Source: Spirochaetaceae bacterium
GTDB lineage: Bacteria > Spirochaetota > Spirochaetia > Treponematales > Breznakiellaceae
Direction: 5' to 3'
Assembly (NCBI GenBank): GCA_031280035.1
Contig: JAITHJ010000011.1
Location: 1 to 59,385 of the forward strand
DNA length: 59,385 nucleotides
Numbering within the stretch: the stretch's first letter is position 1; the number at the start of each line of letters is the position of its first letter. Below are positions 36,760 through 45,930 of this stretch, one piece after another. The notes beneath the pieces were generated by a model that saw only the letters and a program-made list of their open reading frames with translations, made no database searches and was not told the DNA's origin. Position numbers and translations under genes: made by a program.

Positions 36760-37668
36760 TTATTTTTCCCATAGCATATCAGGGTAACAACCGTCATTGA
36801 TTTTTTTTTCTATTTCTTTGCGTACTTTTTCGCGGTCTTCCGGATATGTCATTCCAAACCAATTATCTTGTGAAGTAAAGAATTTTATTTTTCCTTTGCC
36901 TGAAGATACTATTTCATTTACGCCTGAAGGAAGCAAACATTCCGCTTTTTCATTTTCGGCATTTTCAGAAATAAATTTTTCAAAGTATTGTACAAAATTT
37001 TCCATTACCATAATTGAGAATCCAAAGAAATTCATTGAAACCCATTCATTTCCTGTACACTCAATTTTTTTGCCGTCTATTATACTGATAATGCGGTTTC
37101 CTTCATAGCCTATTTCTTTATTTTCTTTCATTGAAGCAAGTTCGTTGTTCTTTATTTCACAAATTCCGCGTGATACCATGCCGGATTTACTCAATGTATT
37201 GCCGAGCATATAACCTACCATAGCATGTTCTGTTGATTCATTTGTTATGCTTGAAAGGTATTTTCCCATAATTTCAAATGCACTTCGGCCGTAATAGTCA
37301 TCAGCGTTAATTATGGCAAAGGGCGTTTTTACCGCATCTTTTGCGCATATAACGGCATGAATTGTCCCCCATGGTTTTTTACGGTCTTTTGCCGCTGTTA
37401 ATTGCATACTGTTAAGAAATTTATCATGGGTTTGAAATACATATTCTGCGTCAAAATTTTTCGATACACGATTAAAAAATCTTTCACAAAATTCTTTTTC
37501 TATCTCAGGTCTTATAACATATACAGCCTTGCCAAAACCCGCCCTTTTTGCATCATATGTTGAATAATCAAGTAAAGTTTCGTTATGCCGTCCTACTCCA
37601 TCAATTTGTTTTACACCGCCATAGCGGCTTCCTATGCCTGCGGCCAGAACAAGCAACGCCGGTTTCAT
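36760..37668 (-). CDS. sugar-phosphate nucleotidyltransferase family protein
   Basis: LVLAAGIGSRYGGVKQ is a glycine-rich NTP-transferase loop. The start at MKPALLVLAAG overlaps the galE stop (ATGA). Confidence 0.7.
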   Translation of the reverse strand: MKPALLVLAAGIGSRYGGVKQIDGVGRHNETLLDYSTYDAKRAGFGKAVYVIRPEIEKEFCERFFNRVSKNFDAEYVFQTHDKFLNSMQLTAAKDRKKPWGTIHAVICAKDAVKTPFAIINADDYYGRSAFEIMGKYLSSITNESTEHAMVGYMLGNTLSKSGMVSRGICEIKNNELASMKENKEIGYEGNRIISIIDGKKIECTGNEWVSMNFFGFSIMVMENFVQYFEKFISENAENEKAECLLPSGVNEIVSSGKGKIKFFTSQDNWFGMTYPEDREKVRKEIEKKINDGCYPDMLWEK

Positions 37669-38633
37669 TTTTGTCTCCTGTATACATTCCAACTTGTTGT
37701 TATCAATGTTGAAGCATCTGAATATGTTGATTTCCATTCTAAGATTTCCAGCGCTTTTTTTGCCGATGAAACAAGCGTCGCAGGATCGCCTTCCCGCCGT
37801 TTCACGATATTTGCATTGATTTTTTTTCCGGTAATTTTACGGGCGGTTTCTATTATTTCTAACACTGAAAGCCCCGTCTCACTTCCTAAATTCACTGTTA
37901 TGCTTTTATCTTGTTTAATGATATAATCTAAGGCAAGCCTGTGTCCTACAGCCAGATCGTTTACATGAATATAATCACGTATGCAAGTACCGTCAGGCGT
38001 ATCATAATCGCCGCCGAAAATTTGCAGTTCTTTTCGTTTTCCGGCTGCAGTTTCCATAACAATGGGAATTAAATTTGCCGGATTTTTTTCTAAACTCATA
38101 ATACGTCCGTTTATATCATAACCTGCAGCGTTAAAATAACGCAGGCTTGCATAACGCAGTCCTTTCAATTTATCATACCATGTCATAATACGTTCAATTT
38201 CAAGTTTTGTAAAGCCGTAATAATTTTTAGGATTTACCGGATGTTTTTCATCTACCGGCGTGTATTCCGGTTCTCCATAAACAGCCGCACTTGAAGAAAA
38301 TACTATGTTTTTTATTCCGTTTTCCAGCGCGGCATTCAGTATATTGATGGTTCCAGTGATATTATTAACCGAATATTTTTCTGGAGCTATCATAGATTCT
38401 CCTGCAGCTTTAAAGGCGGCAAGATGTATAATCGCGTTATAGCCGGCGGCGGCTTTCGATATATCTGAATAATTTAGTATATCGCCTTTTATAAAATTCG
38501 ATTCCGAAAATAAATTCGTCTTTGATCCGCTGGAAAAATTATCAAATACAGTAATATTATTTCCCGTATCAAGGAGTTCCCGTACCACATGGCTGCCTAT
38601 ATAACCTGCTCCGCCTACAACTAATATTTTCAT
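37665..38633 (-). CDS. galE: UDP-glucose 4-epimerase
   Basis: GGAGYIGSH Rossmann motif, SSSAAVYG, YGFTK (YxxxK). Confidence 0.92.
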   Translation of the reverse strand: MKILVVGGAGYIGSHVVRELLDTGNNITVFDNFSSGSKTNLFSESNFIKGDILNYSDISKAAAGYNAIIHLAAFKAAGESMIAPEKYSVNNITGTINILNAALENGIKNIVFSSSAAVYGEPEYTPVDEKHPVNPKNYYGFTKLEIERIMTWYDKLKGLRYASLRYFNAAGYDINGRIMSLEKNPANLIPIVMETAAGKRKELQIFGGDYDTPDGTCIRDYIHVNDLAVGHRLALDYIIKQDKSITVNLGSETGLSVLEIIETARKITGKKINANIVKRREGDPATLVSSAKKALEILEWKSTYSDASTLITTSWNVYRRQK

Positions 38634-38927
38634 AAAATACCTTTCGCCGTCTGTAACTTTTTTTCTGGAAGCTATTCAATGCATTTTAGTCCATAAAATT
38701 TATCGGCCTGCATCCTGTTTCATTTTAATTAAAGGGGGTAAGACCGCTTTATAAAAACGGCCGTAGTCTGTCAAATGAACAACCCCGCATGAAAAGTATA
38801 TCCTGAAGGATTAAGAGCTGTCAATATATTTTTATAAATTTTTGAAGGCCGTTATCAGCTGGTAATTTTCAGATGTTGACAAACAGAAAGTTAAATAATA
38901 AATTTTATAATTACAAGGAGAGTTTTT

Positions 38928-39428
38928 ATGAAAAGATTTTTATTGTTTGCCGTGTCTTTATGTATTACGGCTCTGTGTTTTGCCGATCCTGCTGAAGGAT
39001 ATTGGTTAAGTCTGGATTCTAAGACAAATAAACCTAATGCGGGTTGGTATGTTTATGTAAAGGACAGTGTTTTGTATGGAAAAATGCTTTCTTCGCCAGG
39101 ATCCGCCAAAGATAAAGTTGCATCGAATTGCAAATCGTCTTATAAAAATTATCCCCTGTCAGGCGATGTGTCTAAAATGAAGATATTCAACGAAGTTTTA
39201 TGGGTTTACGGCTTGAAAATGAGCAAAACAGGCGTCTGGGACGGCGGTACTATAATTGATCCGCAAAGTAAAAATGGAGCCAGTTATTCATGTACCATTA
39301 CTTTTCACGCTGCCGATGGAAAGAAGTATAAAGTAGATACACTCGAAGTTTACGGCGGATTAGGGCCTGTAGGCCGTACGTCAATTTGGCAAAGAACTGA
39401 TGAGGCTACGGCATCCGCAATGTGGTAA
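38928..39428 (+). CDS. DUF2147-domain secreted protein
   Basis: Signal peptide. AEGYW.....T.K......Y.....LYGK and ...G.I.DP..G..Y.C.I patterns. Confidence 0.7.
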   Translation: MKRFLLFAVSLCITALCFADPAEGYWLSLDSKTNKPNAGWYVYVKDSVLYGKMLSSPGSAKDKVASNCKSSYKNYPLSGDVSKMKIFNEVLWVYGLKMSKTGVWDGGTIIDPQSKNGASYSCTITFHAADGKKYKVDTLEVYGGLGPVGRTSIWQRTDEATASAMW

Positions 39429-39460
39429 TTTACGGTTTTGATTTTTTTTAAACACGCCGG

Positions 39461-40237
39461 CTACCAGCGGATGCAAAGCCCCTGTGATTCCGCGTGTTTT
39501 TTTATATCCGGTATCGTTGTTTTTCCAAAATGAAGCAGCGATGCAACAAGGGCTGCATCGGCGATTTTTGCGGCGGCAACAATTTGTTCCAGCGTACCTG
39601 CGCCGCCGGATGCTATAACAGGAACAGAAACTACACGGGTTACTGCCGCAATAAGTTCTAGGTCGTAGCCCGTGTTAGTACCATCGGCATCGATTGAATT
39701 GAGAAGTATTTCACCGGCGCCCAGCGTAACGGCGTGAACAGCCCACTCTACGGCGTCAATGCCCGTATCGTCTCTCCCGCCTCGTGAAAAAGCGTGCCAG
39801 CACGGCTTTTCATGCGGGTCTTTTTTTATGCGTTTTGCGTCGATTGACAGTACTACACACTGTTTTCCGTATGCCTGCGCCATCTCGGTAAGCAGGATAG
39901 GACGTTCCAGAGCTGATGTACATACCGATACTTTGTCCGCTCCCGCTTTCATCGCAGCGCGCATATCGTCAACAGAACGTATGCCGCCGCCGACACAAAG
40001 CGGAATAAATATTTCTGCGGATACGGTCTTTACAAGTTCAAGCAGAGTCGCCCTGCTTTTATAAGAAGCGCCTATATCGAGAAAGGTAAGCTCATCCGCG
40101 CCGTCGTCATTATAGCGGCGGGCAAGAGCGGCAGGGTCTCCCGCATCTACAATGCCTTTGAATTTAACTCCCTTTACAACACGTCCGTCATCAATGTCAA
40201 GGCATGGAATTATCCGTTTAGCAAAATTTGAAGCCAT
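39461..40237 (-). CDS. hisF: imidazole glycerol phosphate synthase cyclase subunit HisF (or HisF-like paralogue)
   Basis: KRIIPCLDIDDGRVVKGVKF...DELTFLDI...GGGIRS...ADKVS.....SIDAK...GAGEILLNSIDADGT..GYDL. The start is set at MASNFAKRIIPCLD. Confidence 0.88.
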   Translation of the reverse strand: MASNFAKRIIPCLDIDDGRVVKGVKFKGIVDAGDPAALARRYNDDGADELTFLDIGASYKSRATLLELVKTVSAEIFIPLCVGGGIRSVDDMRAAMKAGADKVSVCTSALERPILLTEMAQAYGKQCVVLSIDAKRIKKDPHEKPCWHAFSRGGRDDTGIDAVEWAVHAVTLGAGEILLNSIDADGTNTGYDLELIAAVTRVVSVPVIASGGAGTLEQIVAAAKIADAALVASLLHFGKTTIPDIKKHAESQGLCIRW

Positions 40238-40245
40238 AGAGCAGG

Positions 40246-40989
40246 TTACTTTTTTTTGAGTTTGTAAACGGCGAGCAGAATGCCGTAATAAAAATATTGA
40301 AAGACTCTTAAAATACGAATAGGATTTCTCATGCAGAACAGTATCCATTCCAGTCCGCTGTCAAACAACACTTTTGAGGGCCGGCGGCGGCGCTCGGCAA
40401 ATATATCAAAAATGTCGCTGCACCAAAGACGAAGTCCGGTATTAAGCTTCGAATTATTGTGTAAAATCCATTTTTCAGATCCATGTACGCCGTGATTCAC
40501 CATTAAAAGAGAAGGCGCGGATTTGCGAATAACCTGAATCAGCGTGTCTTCACTTTGTTTTTTGAATCCTCCAGGGAATCTTCCTATAATTCGTAATTTT
40601 TGAAATGTTTCGCGGATATGTTTTTCAGCCTTGTTGAGAATAGATGCCTTAGCGCCCAAAAGATAGACCGTACGCTCACGGCGCTCAAGGATTGTTAAAA
40701 GGTTAATGATAAAATTAAACGGCATATACCGTTCGGGCGTTTTTCCGTTCAGGAATTTTGCTCCGTTTACAATACTTTTTGAAATCGGAATTACCAGCGC
40801 GGCATTTTGGACGTAATCACGGTATTCGCCGGCACGCCGCGCTTTTAACAGATCCCAGAGTGAAAGCAGCACGATATTTTTTCCCTCGTTTCCATCAATC
40901 AGCGCAGTTATGACATCATCGAATTTTTCTTTTGAAACGATGTCTATAGGAACTTTTAACAACTCTATTCTTTCGCAATATGAACCCAT
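40246..40989 (-). CDS. WecB/TagA/CpsF-family glycosyltransferase
   Basis: Pattern LLKVPIDIVS...VYLLGA......A.......P.L.I.G...G.F.....E..I...I....P.LL.V..G.P.QE.W, typical of this family. Confidence 0.8.
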   Translation of the reverse strand: MGSYCERIELLKVPIDIVSKEKFDDVITALIDGNEGKNIVLLSLWDLLKARRAGEYRDYVQNAALVIPISKSIVNGAKFLNGKTPERYMPFNFIINLLTILERRERTVYLLGAKASILNKAEKHIRETFQKLRIIGRFPGGFKKQSEDTLIQVIRKSAPSLLMVNHGVHGSEKWILHNNSKLNTGLRLWCSDIFDIFAERRRRPSKVLFDSGLEWILFCMRNPIRILRVFQYFYYGILLAVYKLKKK

Positions 40990-41738
40990 GAATCCTTCTC
41001 CAATAGCAAAACACGGACCGCGGCGATTGCATAAAGCGCGGTGGTTTCCACGCGCATAACCGAGCCGCGGAAAAACAACGGCTTAAATCCGTGTGATATA
41101 AATTCTTCTGCCTCCACTGGTGAGAATCCGCCTTCTGGTCCTATGACAAGAACCACGAATGCGGTAACATCTTTAAGATACCCATGCAGAGCGCAATATA
41201 CAAGGGGCTCGGTGTGAAGCGCAAAACCTGTTGCGCCCGCCGCTTTAAATTCTTCCCATAATGTAAATAGGCCGTCCATTTCAACCGGATTTCGTATCTC
41301 CGTAGGAACAGATGAACCGCTTTGCTGACGGGCGTTACGGGCAATTCTGCGCCAGCGCTCAATCTGGGCGCTTCCGGTACAGGACAGGCGGCGTACGCAA
41401 TGACGCGATACAAACGGCACGATTTCTGCAACACCGCATTCAACGGCCTGCCGCGTTATCATATCCATTTTCGAGCCTTTGGGAATAGCCTGCATTAACA
41501 CAATACGCGGTATTTCGGTACGGTCTTCGCTTTGAATATGCGGTTTCACGCTGAACACGATTTCCTGTCTTGTTATAGTATTCGCTATGACGCGGACAGG
41601 ATCGCCGGAAGGCAGCAGCGCTGGAATTTCAGAGCCTTTTTTCATTCTGCGGACATTAACCAGATAATGATGGTCTTTTCCGGTAATTCTCACCTGTCCA
41701 AAATGATCTGGCGGAACAGGCAGTATAAATTGTTTCAT
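40965..41738 (-). CDS. rsmE: 16S rRNA (uracil1498-N3)-methyltransferase
   Basis: HHYLVNVRRMKKG N-terminal PUA-like region and the C-terminal IGPEGGFSPVE knot motif. Confidence 0.88.
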   Translation of the reverse strand: MKQFILPVPPDHFGQVRITGKDHHYLVNVRRMKKGSEIPALLPSGDPVRVIANTITRQEIVFSVKPHIQSEDRTEIPRIVLMQAIPKGSKMDMITRQAVECGVAEIVPFVSRHCVRRLSCTGSAQIERWRRIARNARQQSGSSVPTEIRNPVEMDGLFTLWEEFKAAGATGFALHTEPLVYCALHGYLKDVTAFVVLVIGPEGGFSPVEAEEFISHGFKPLFFRGSVMRVETTALYAIAAVRVLLLEKDSWVHIAKE

Positions 41739-42409
41739 GGTGTCCTTCTATAATCGGCATTTTGAACAAATGGGATAAAATAATCAGGCAGAGGGGCGCT
41801 TGTATCAAGTATACCGCCTCCGGGCAACGGCATGATAAGCCGTGATGAATGCAGTAAAAGCCGTTTTAACGCACGTTCTTTGCGCAGTTTTTTATTCAAC
41901 GCCCAGTCGCCGTACTTTTCATCGCCTAAAATGACGTAACCGTTTTCTGACAAATGACGGCGAATTTGATGTGTTCTGCCCGTACAAAGTTCAAGCTCAA
42001 AAAATGTCCAGATTCCCAGAGGATCGTTAATAGTGCTTATAATTCCGTATCGTGTTTTGGCTGTTTTGTCTCCGTTTTTATAGTACAGAAAACTTTCTAT
42101 AATACCGTTCTTTACAAGATTTTTTGCCGTCCGTTGGCGTCCACACACGGCAAGATACCGTTTTACCGTTTTTTTTCCAGAAATCGCCGCTGAAAAGTAC
42201 GCGGCTGCGGCAGACGATTTAGCAACAATCATAACACCTGATGTGTCTTTGTCCAACCGATGAACGAGGTACGGCTTAAAATCGCATGACGCTGAGAGAA
42301 CCGCATCAAGGCTCAGCGTTACGCCGCGGCCTCCTTGTACGGAAATCCCCGCATCTTTGTTCAGAGCAACGCAGTCTTTATCTTCATATAGAAAAGTTAT
42401 ACCTTTCAT
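41735..42409 (-). CDS. RluA-family pseudouridine synthase
   Basis: Catalytic HRLDKDTSGV motif, then GRTHQIRRHL. Confidence 0.88.
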   Translation of the reverse strand: MKGITFLYEDKDCVALNKDAGISVQGGRGVTLSLDAVLSASCDFKPYLVHRLDKDTSGVMIVAKSSAAAAYFSAAISGKKTVKRYLAVCGRQRTAKNLVKNGIIESFLYYKNGDKTAKTRYGIISTINDPLGIWTFFELELCTGRTHQIRRHLSENGYVILGDEKYGDWALNKKLRKERALKRLLLHSSRLIMPLPGGGILDTSAPLPDYFIPFVQNADYRRTP

Positions 42410-43293
42410 TTTAAAAATGTTTTTATATATTCCTCGGCGTTAAAGCGGTGTATGTCTTCATATTTTTCTCCGTCGCATATAAAAATGACAGGTACATGAA
42501 AATTTACGGCAAGCGGAAAGACAACGCCGCCCCGGGCGCTGGAGTCAAATTTGGTGAGAATAACGCCGTCAATAGATACGGCGTTATTGAATGTTTCGGC
42601 TTGGAAAAGCGCGTTAGTTCCTGTTGTCGCATCCAGCGCAAGAAATTTTTTGTAGAGAATTTTTCCGCCGTTATTTTTCGCCGTGAAATGTTCAATGACT
42701 CTGTTAATTTTTGAAAGCTCTTCAATAAGAGCGGATTTTGTGTGCATACGGCCTGCCGTATCGGCTATAAGAGGATTGTAGCCGCCGGAATACGCGGCCT
42801 CAAGCGCGTCGTGGATTACAGCGGCGGCGTCTGCATTTTGTTTATGCGCTACAGTACGAACGCCAAGCCGCTCTCCGTGTATTTTTAGCTGATCTGCAGC
42901 CGCCGCACGGAAGGTATCCGCCGCGGCGAGCAGCGGCTTGTTTTTGTCTTTATACAGCGCTGCGAGTTTTGCCGCGCTTGTCGTTTTGCCGACGCCATTT
43001 ACGCCTAGTATAAGAATTACATTTAGTACCGTCCCTTCAAGCTCAGCAGCCGGTATGGCAGATGCGGCGGATAAATACTCTTTGAGCATAGAAAATAACA
43101 TATCTTTTGTCTGCACGGCGGTTTTAATTTTCTCTTTTTTGCATCTGGCTTCCAAATCTTCAACTGTTTTCATGGCAAGCGCCGCTCCAAAATCGCCTTC
43201 AATAAGCAGATCGCACAGCTGCTCAAAAAAATCTTCAGTTAATTCGGAGGTATTTCCCAAAAACAATTTTATCTTATCAGTCCATTTATTCAT
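42406..43293 (-). CDS. ftsY: signal recognition particle receptor FtsY
   Basis: NG domain: GVNGVGKTTSAAKLA, DTFRAAA, ADTAGR, TKFD. Short N-terminus. Confidence 0.92.
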   Translation of the reverse strand: MNKWTDKIKLFLGNTSELTEDFFEQLCDLLIEGDFGAALAMKTVEDLEARCKKEKIKTAVQTKDMLFSMLKEYLSAASAIPAAELEGTVLNVILILGVNGVGKTTSAAKLAALYKDKNKPLLAAADTFRAAAADQLKIHGERLGVRTVAHKQNADAAAVIHDALEAAYSGGYNPLIADTAGRMHTKSALIEELSKINRVIEHFTAKNNGGKILYKKFLALDATTGTNALFQAETFNNAVSIDGVILTKFDSSARGGVVFPLAVNFHVPVIFICDGEKYEDIHRFNAEEYIKTFLK

Positions 43294-44833
43294 TATCTAA
43301 CTCATTTATCCTGCCGCCGGCCTCTTCAGACATATCGAATGGCTCTGTTCCGTCGTTCTCCGGCTGCTTGAAAATGGCATTATTTTGATTTTGTCTAAAT
43401 AGCGCGCTTTCTTTACTGCCCTGATAGAGGTATATTCCGAGCCGGACAAAAAATTCAACAACAACTATGCCGGTTAATACGCCAAGGCCGCCGGCGGTGT
43501 AAAACCACATCCTCTGAGCGTTTAGTTTATCGGGCGTACGATTACTCTGCGCAAGATTATACGAGAACGTATACGAATTTGAAATTCCCGCCGTTAAAAA
43601 CGCAAGCGGCCCTATTAACCAAAGCCTTCCAAGCGCGCCGTAAAATCCTTTGCGCGCTTTTTCCGTTCTTCCAATCTCAGGCGGTATCACAGGGTTTAAT
43701 TTTAGAGTGGAATCTTGGGTTTCAATTTTAAATAAAGACTGCGCCGTTTTTCCGGCTCCTGTTTCTACGCTGATTTGTTTATACTTGTTTAAAGGCCCGC
43801 TCAGCGTAATGGGAGTTACGCCGGCGAACAAGCTGCCGGAATATACATTTGCCGTTTCTCCGCTTGTTGTTTCAACGATAACGGTTTCCACAGGAATTGG
43901 TTTTAAATCGAATTCGGCCTCAACATACTCGCCTTCGGTTAGATTGATTTCTTCTGTAGACGTAACATAGTTTTCCGCATAAACGGTAACTTCTACCGGT
44001 CCTGGAGTGCGCTCCATTACCTCAGACTTACCGCGTCCGGCATGATAGTCGTCGATGATGATGACGGCGTTTTCCGGTTTTGCGCTTACGGCAATCGATG
44101 CCGGAATCATGCCGCTTATTGAATTTATAAGTTCCGCCGAAAATTCGTCAAGGGCTAGATCTATATCTTCAATAGAAAAGAGGATTTTGTCTTTATACGA
44201 AACTGAACGCGTCCAGACTGTCCATAACCGCAGTTCAACAAGGATACGTTCATGGTAGATAGATACTCTTCCCAAAAGCAGTCCGTCGGCTTTTTTGTCC
44301 GAGCATAGATAGTACTCTCCACCGGCGGCGGGCGCGGCGGGAAAGTTATTCATAAGATTATCATCTGCTACTGAAAAAACCGGTTTTTCCCAAATAGAGG
44401 GCGAATGAATTTCAGTTTCTTCAAAAACTGCCCGCAATTCTTTTATTTCTTTATCTATTTTATTTCTTTTACGTTTTGTGTTCCAGTTCAGCGCGTTCTG
44501 GTAGAGAAGATGATCCCGCTGGGCCTGTTTATCGACAATTTTTTTTGCCATTTCACTCTGCGAACGAAGCCATGCCGCCTTCCAGTAATAGTCATATTCC
44601 GCTGTTTTTCTTAATTTGAATTCCAGACTGGCAAAGTGTTTTACAAGTTTACGCATTACGACATTGCCAATAGCGGCTTGCGCCGGCGGAAGTCCTGAAA
44701 CATCAAATTGAGTTATACAAAGCGCCCATTTAGTATTAAGGATGTCCTGTTTTTTATTCTCGGATTTTCCAAGCGGGAACATAATGCCTGTTGAAAAAAT
44801 AAAAAACAAAAAAACGGCGAAACTCGTCCTCAT
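43286..44833 (-). CDS. exported PEGA-domain-like protein with C-terminal TM helices
   Basis: Signal peptide. There are two PEGA-like segments (..ENAVIIIDDYHAGRGKS.....GPVEVTVYAENY.. and ..NVYSGSLFAGVTPITL..) and two C-terminal hydrophobic helices. It is the first gene of the ftsY operon and is translationally coupled to ftsY. Confidence 0.55.
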   Translation of the reverse strand: MRTSFAVFLFFIFSTGIMFPLGKSENKKQDILNTKWALCITQFDVSGLPPAQAAIGNVVMRKLVKHFASLEFKLRKTAEYDYYWKAAWLRSQSEMAKKIVDKQAQRDHLLYQNALNWNTKRKRNKIDKEIKELRAVFEETEIHSPSIWEKPVFSVADDNLMNNFPAAPAAGGEYYLCSDKKADGLLLGRVSIYHERILVELRLWTVWTRSVSYKDKILFSIEDIDLALDEFSAELINSISGMIPASIAVSAKPENAVIIIDDYHAGRGKSEVMERTPGPVEVTVYAENYVTSTEEINLTEGEYVEAEFDLKPIPVETVIVETTSGETANVYSGSLFAGVTPITLSGPLNKYKQISVETGAGKTAQSLFKIETQDSTLKLNPVIPPEIGRTEKARKGFYGALGRLWLIGPLAFLTAGISNSYTFSYNLAQSNRTPDKLNAQRMWFYTAGGLGVLTGIVVVEFFVRLGIYLYQGSKESALFRQNQNNAIFKQPENDGTEPFDMSEEAGGRINELDNE

Positions 44834-44916
44834 ACACGTAGTATAACTCTTTTTTCCTCATTGTCAACGCTTCCGCTATTGAAATAAATCCGGATTTATT
44901 CTAAAATTGCGTTATC

Positions 44917-45930
44917 ATGAGAAACAAATTTGTTATATGCGTTATGGTCGCTTTGTCATTTGCTGCGTGTAAAAAAGAAGACGGCGTGAAAAATACCGGC
45001 GTAACGCAAATTGCGGTTTTTATTCCTGGAGTTCTTTCCGGCAGTCCAACTTATGAAATGCTTGCCGGCGGCGCAAGAAAGGCGGCAGGCAGCGCTCAAA
45101 ACGCGGAAGTTACGGTGATTGAAGCGGGAACTGTTCAGTCTGAATGGGAAGCAAAAATTACTGCGGTAGCCGCTTCCGGCAAATACGATCTTATCGTGTC
45201 GTCAAATCCGTCTATGCCGGATATAGCAAATTTAGCGGCGGAAAAATTCCCGCAGACACGGTATATGATTATGGACGGCATGCTTGATGGGAATCCGGCG
45301 GTATACACGCTGAACTATGACAAAAAAGAACAAGCTTATGCGCTTGGTTATCTTGCTGCTTTACTGACGGCGGAAGCCGGCGGAAGCGGCGTTATAGGAC
45401 TTTTAAGCGCACAGCATTATCCGGTACTTGATGATATTATTGCGCCTGCATATCTTGCCGGAGCGAAAGATGCGGACAGCTCTTCAAGTATTGATTTTCG
45501 CATAACTGGAAGCTGGCAAGATCCTGTAAAAGCCCTTGAGTTTGCCGGTGATATGATAGAGAGCGGAGTTAAGGTGATTTTAACCATTGCCGGCGGTGGA
45601 AATGACGGTGTTGTACAGGCCGCCGCTGAAAAAAACGCCAAAGTATTGTGGTTTGACAGCAATGCTTACGCTTATCGTCCCGGCGTTATAGCTGGTTGCT
45701 GTGCGACATATCAAGACAAAGCTGTAGAAGATAAATTAAATGAATTTTTCAATAAAACGTTACCGTTTGGTCATGCGGAGACCGTTGGTTTTCGGGATGG
45801 TTATACCGGTTTTATAGATGATGATCCTCTCTATATTTCTACGGTGAGCGAAGATATCAGAAAAAAACAAGCGGCAATGATTGAAAAACTTCTAAATGGA
45901 GATATTATTCCAGTCATTCATGAAAATTAA
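44917..45930 (+). CDS. BMP-family (TmpC/PnrA-like) ABC substrate-binding lipoprotein
   Basis: Lipobox SFAAC and the general BMP/Med pattern. It is followed by the canonical double-NBD ATPase and two permeases. Confidence 0.8.
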   Translation: MRNKFVICVMVALSFAACKKEDGVKNTGVTQIAVFIPGVLSGSPTYEMLAGGARKAAGSAQNAEVTVIEAGTVQSEWEAKITAVAASGKYDLIVSSNPSMPDIANLAAEKFPQTRYMIMDGMLDGNPAVYTLNYDKKEQAYALGYLAALLTAEAGGSGVIGLLSAQHYPVLDDIIAPAYLAGAKDADSSSSIDFRITGSWQDPVKALEFAGDMIESGVKVILTIAGGGNDGVVQAAAEKNAKVLWFDSNAYAYRPGVIAGCCATYQDKAVEDKLNEFFNKTLPFGHAETVGFRDGYTGFIDDDPLYISTVSEDIRKKQAAMIEKLLNGDIIPVIHEN

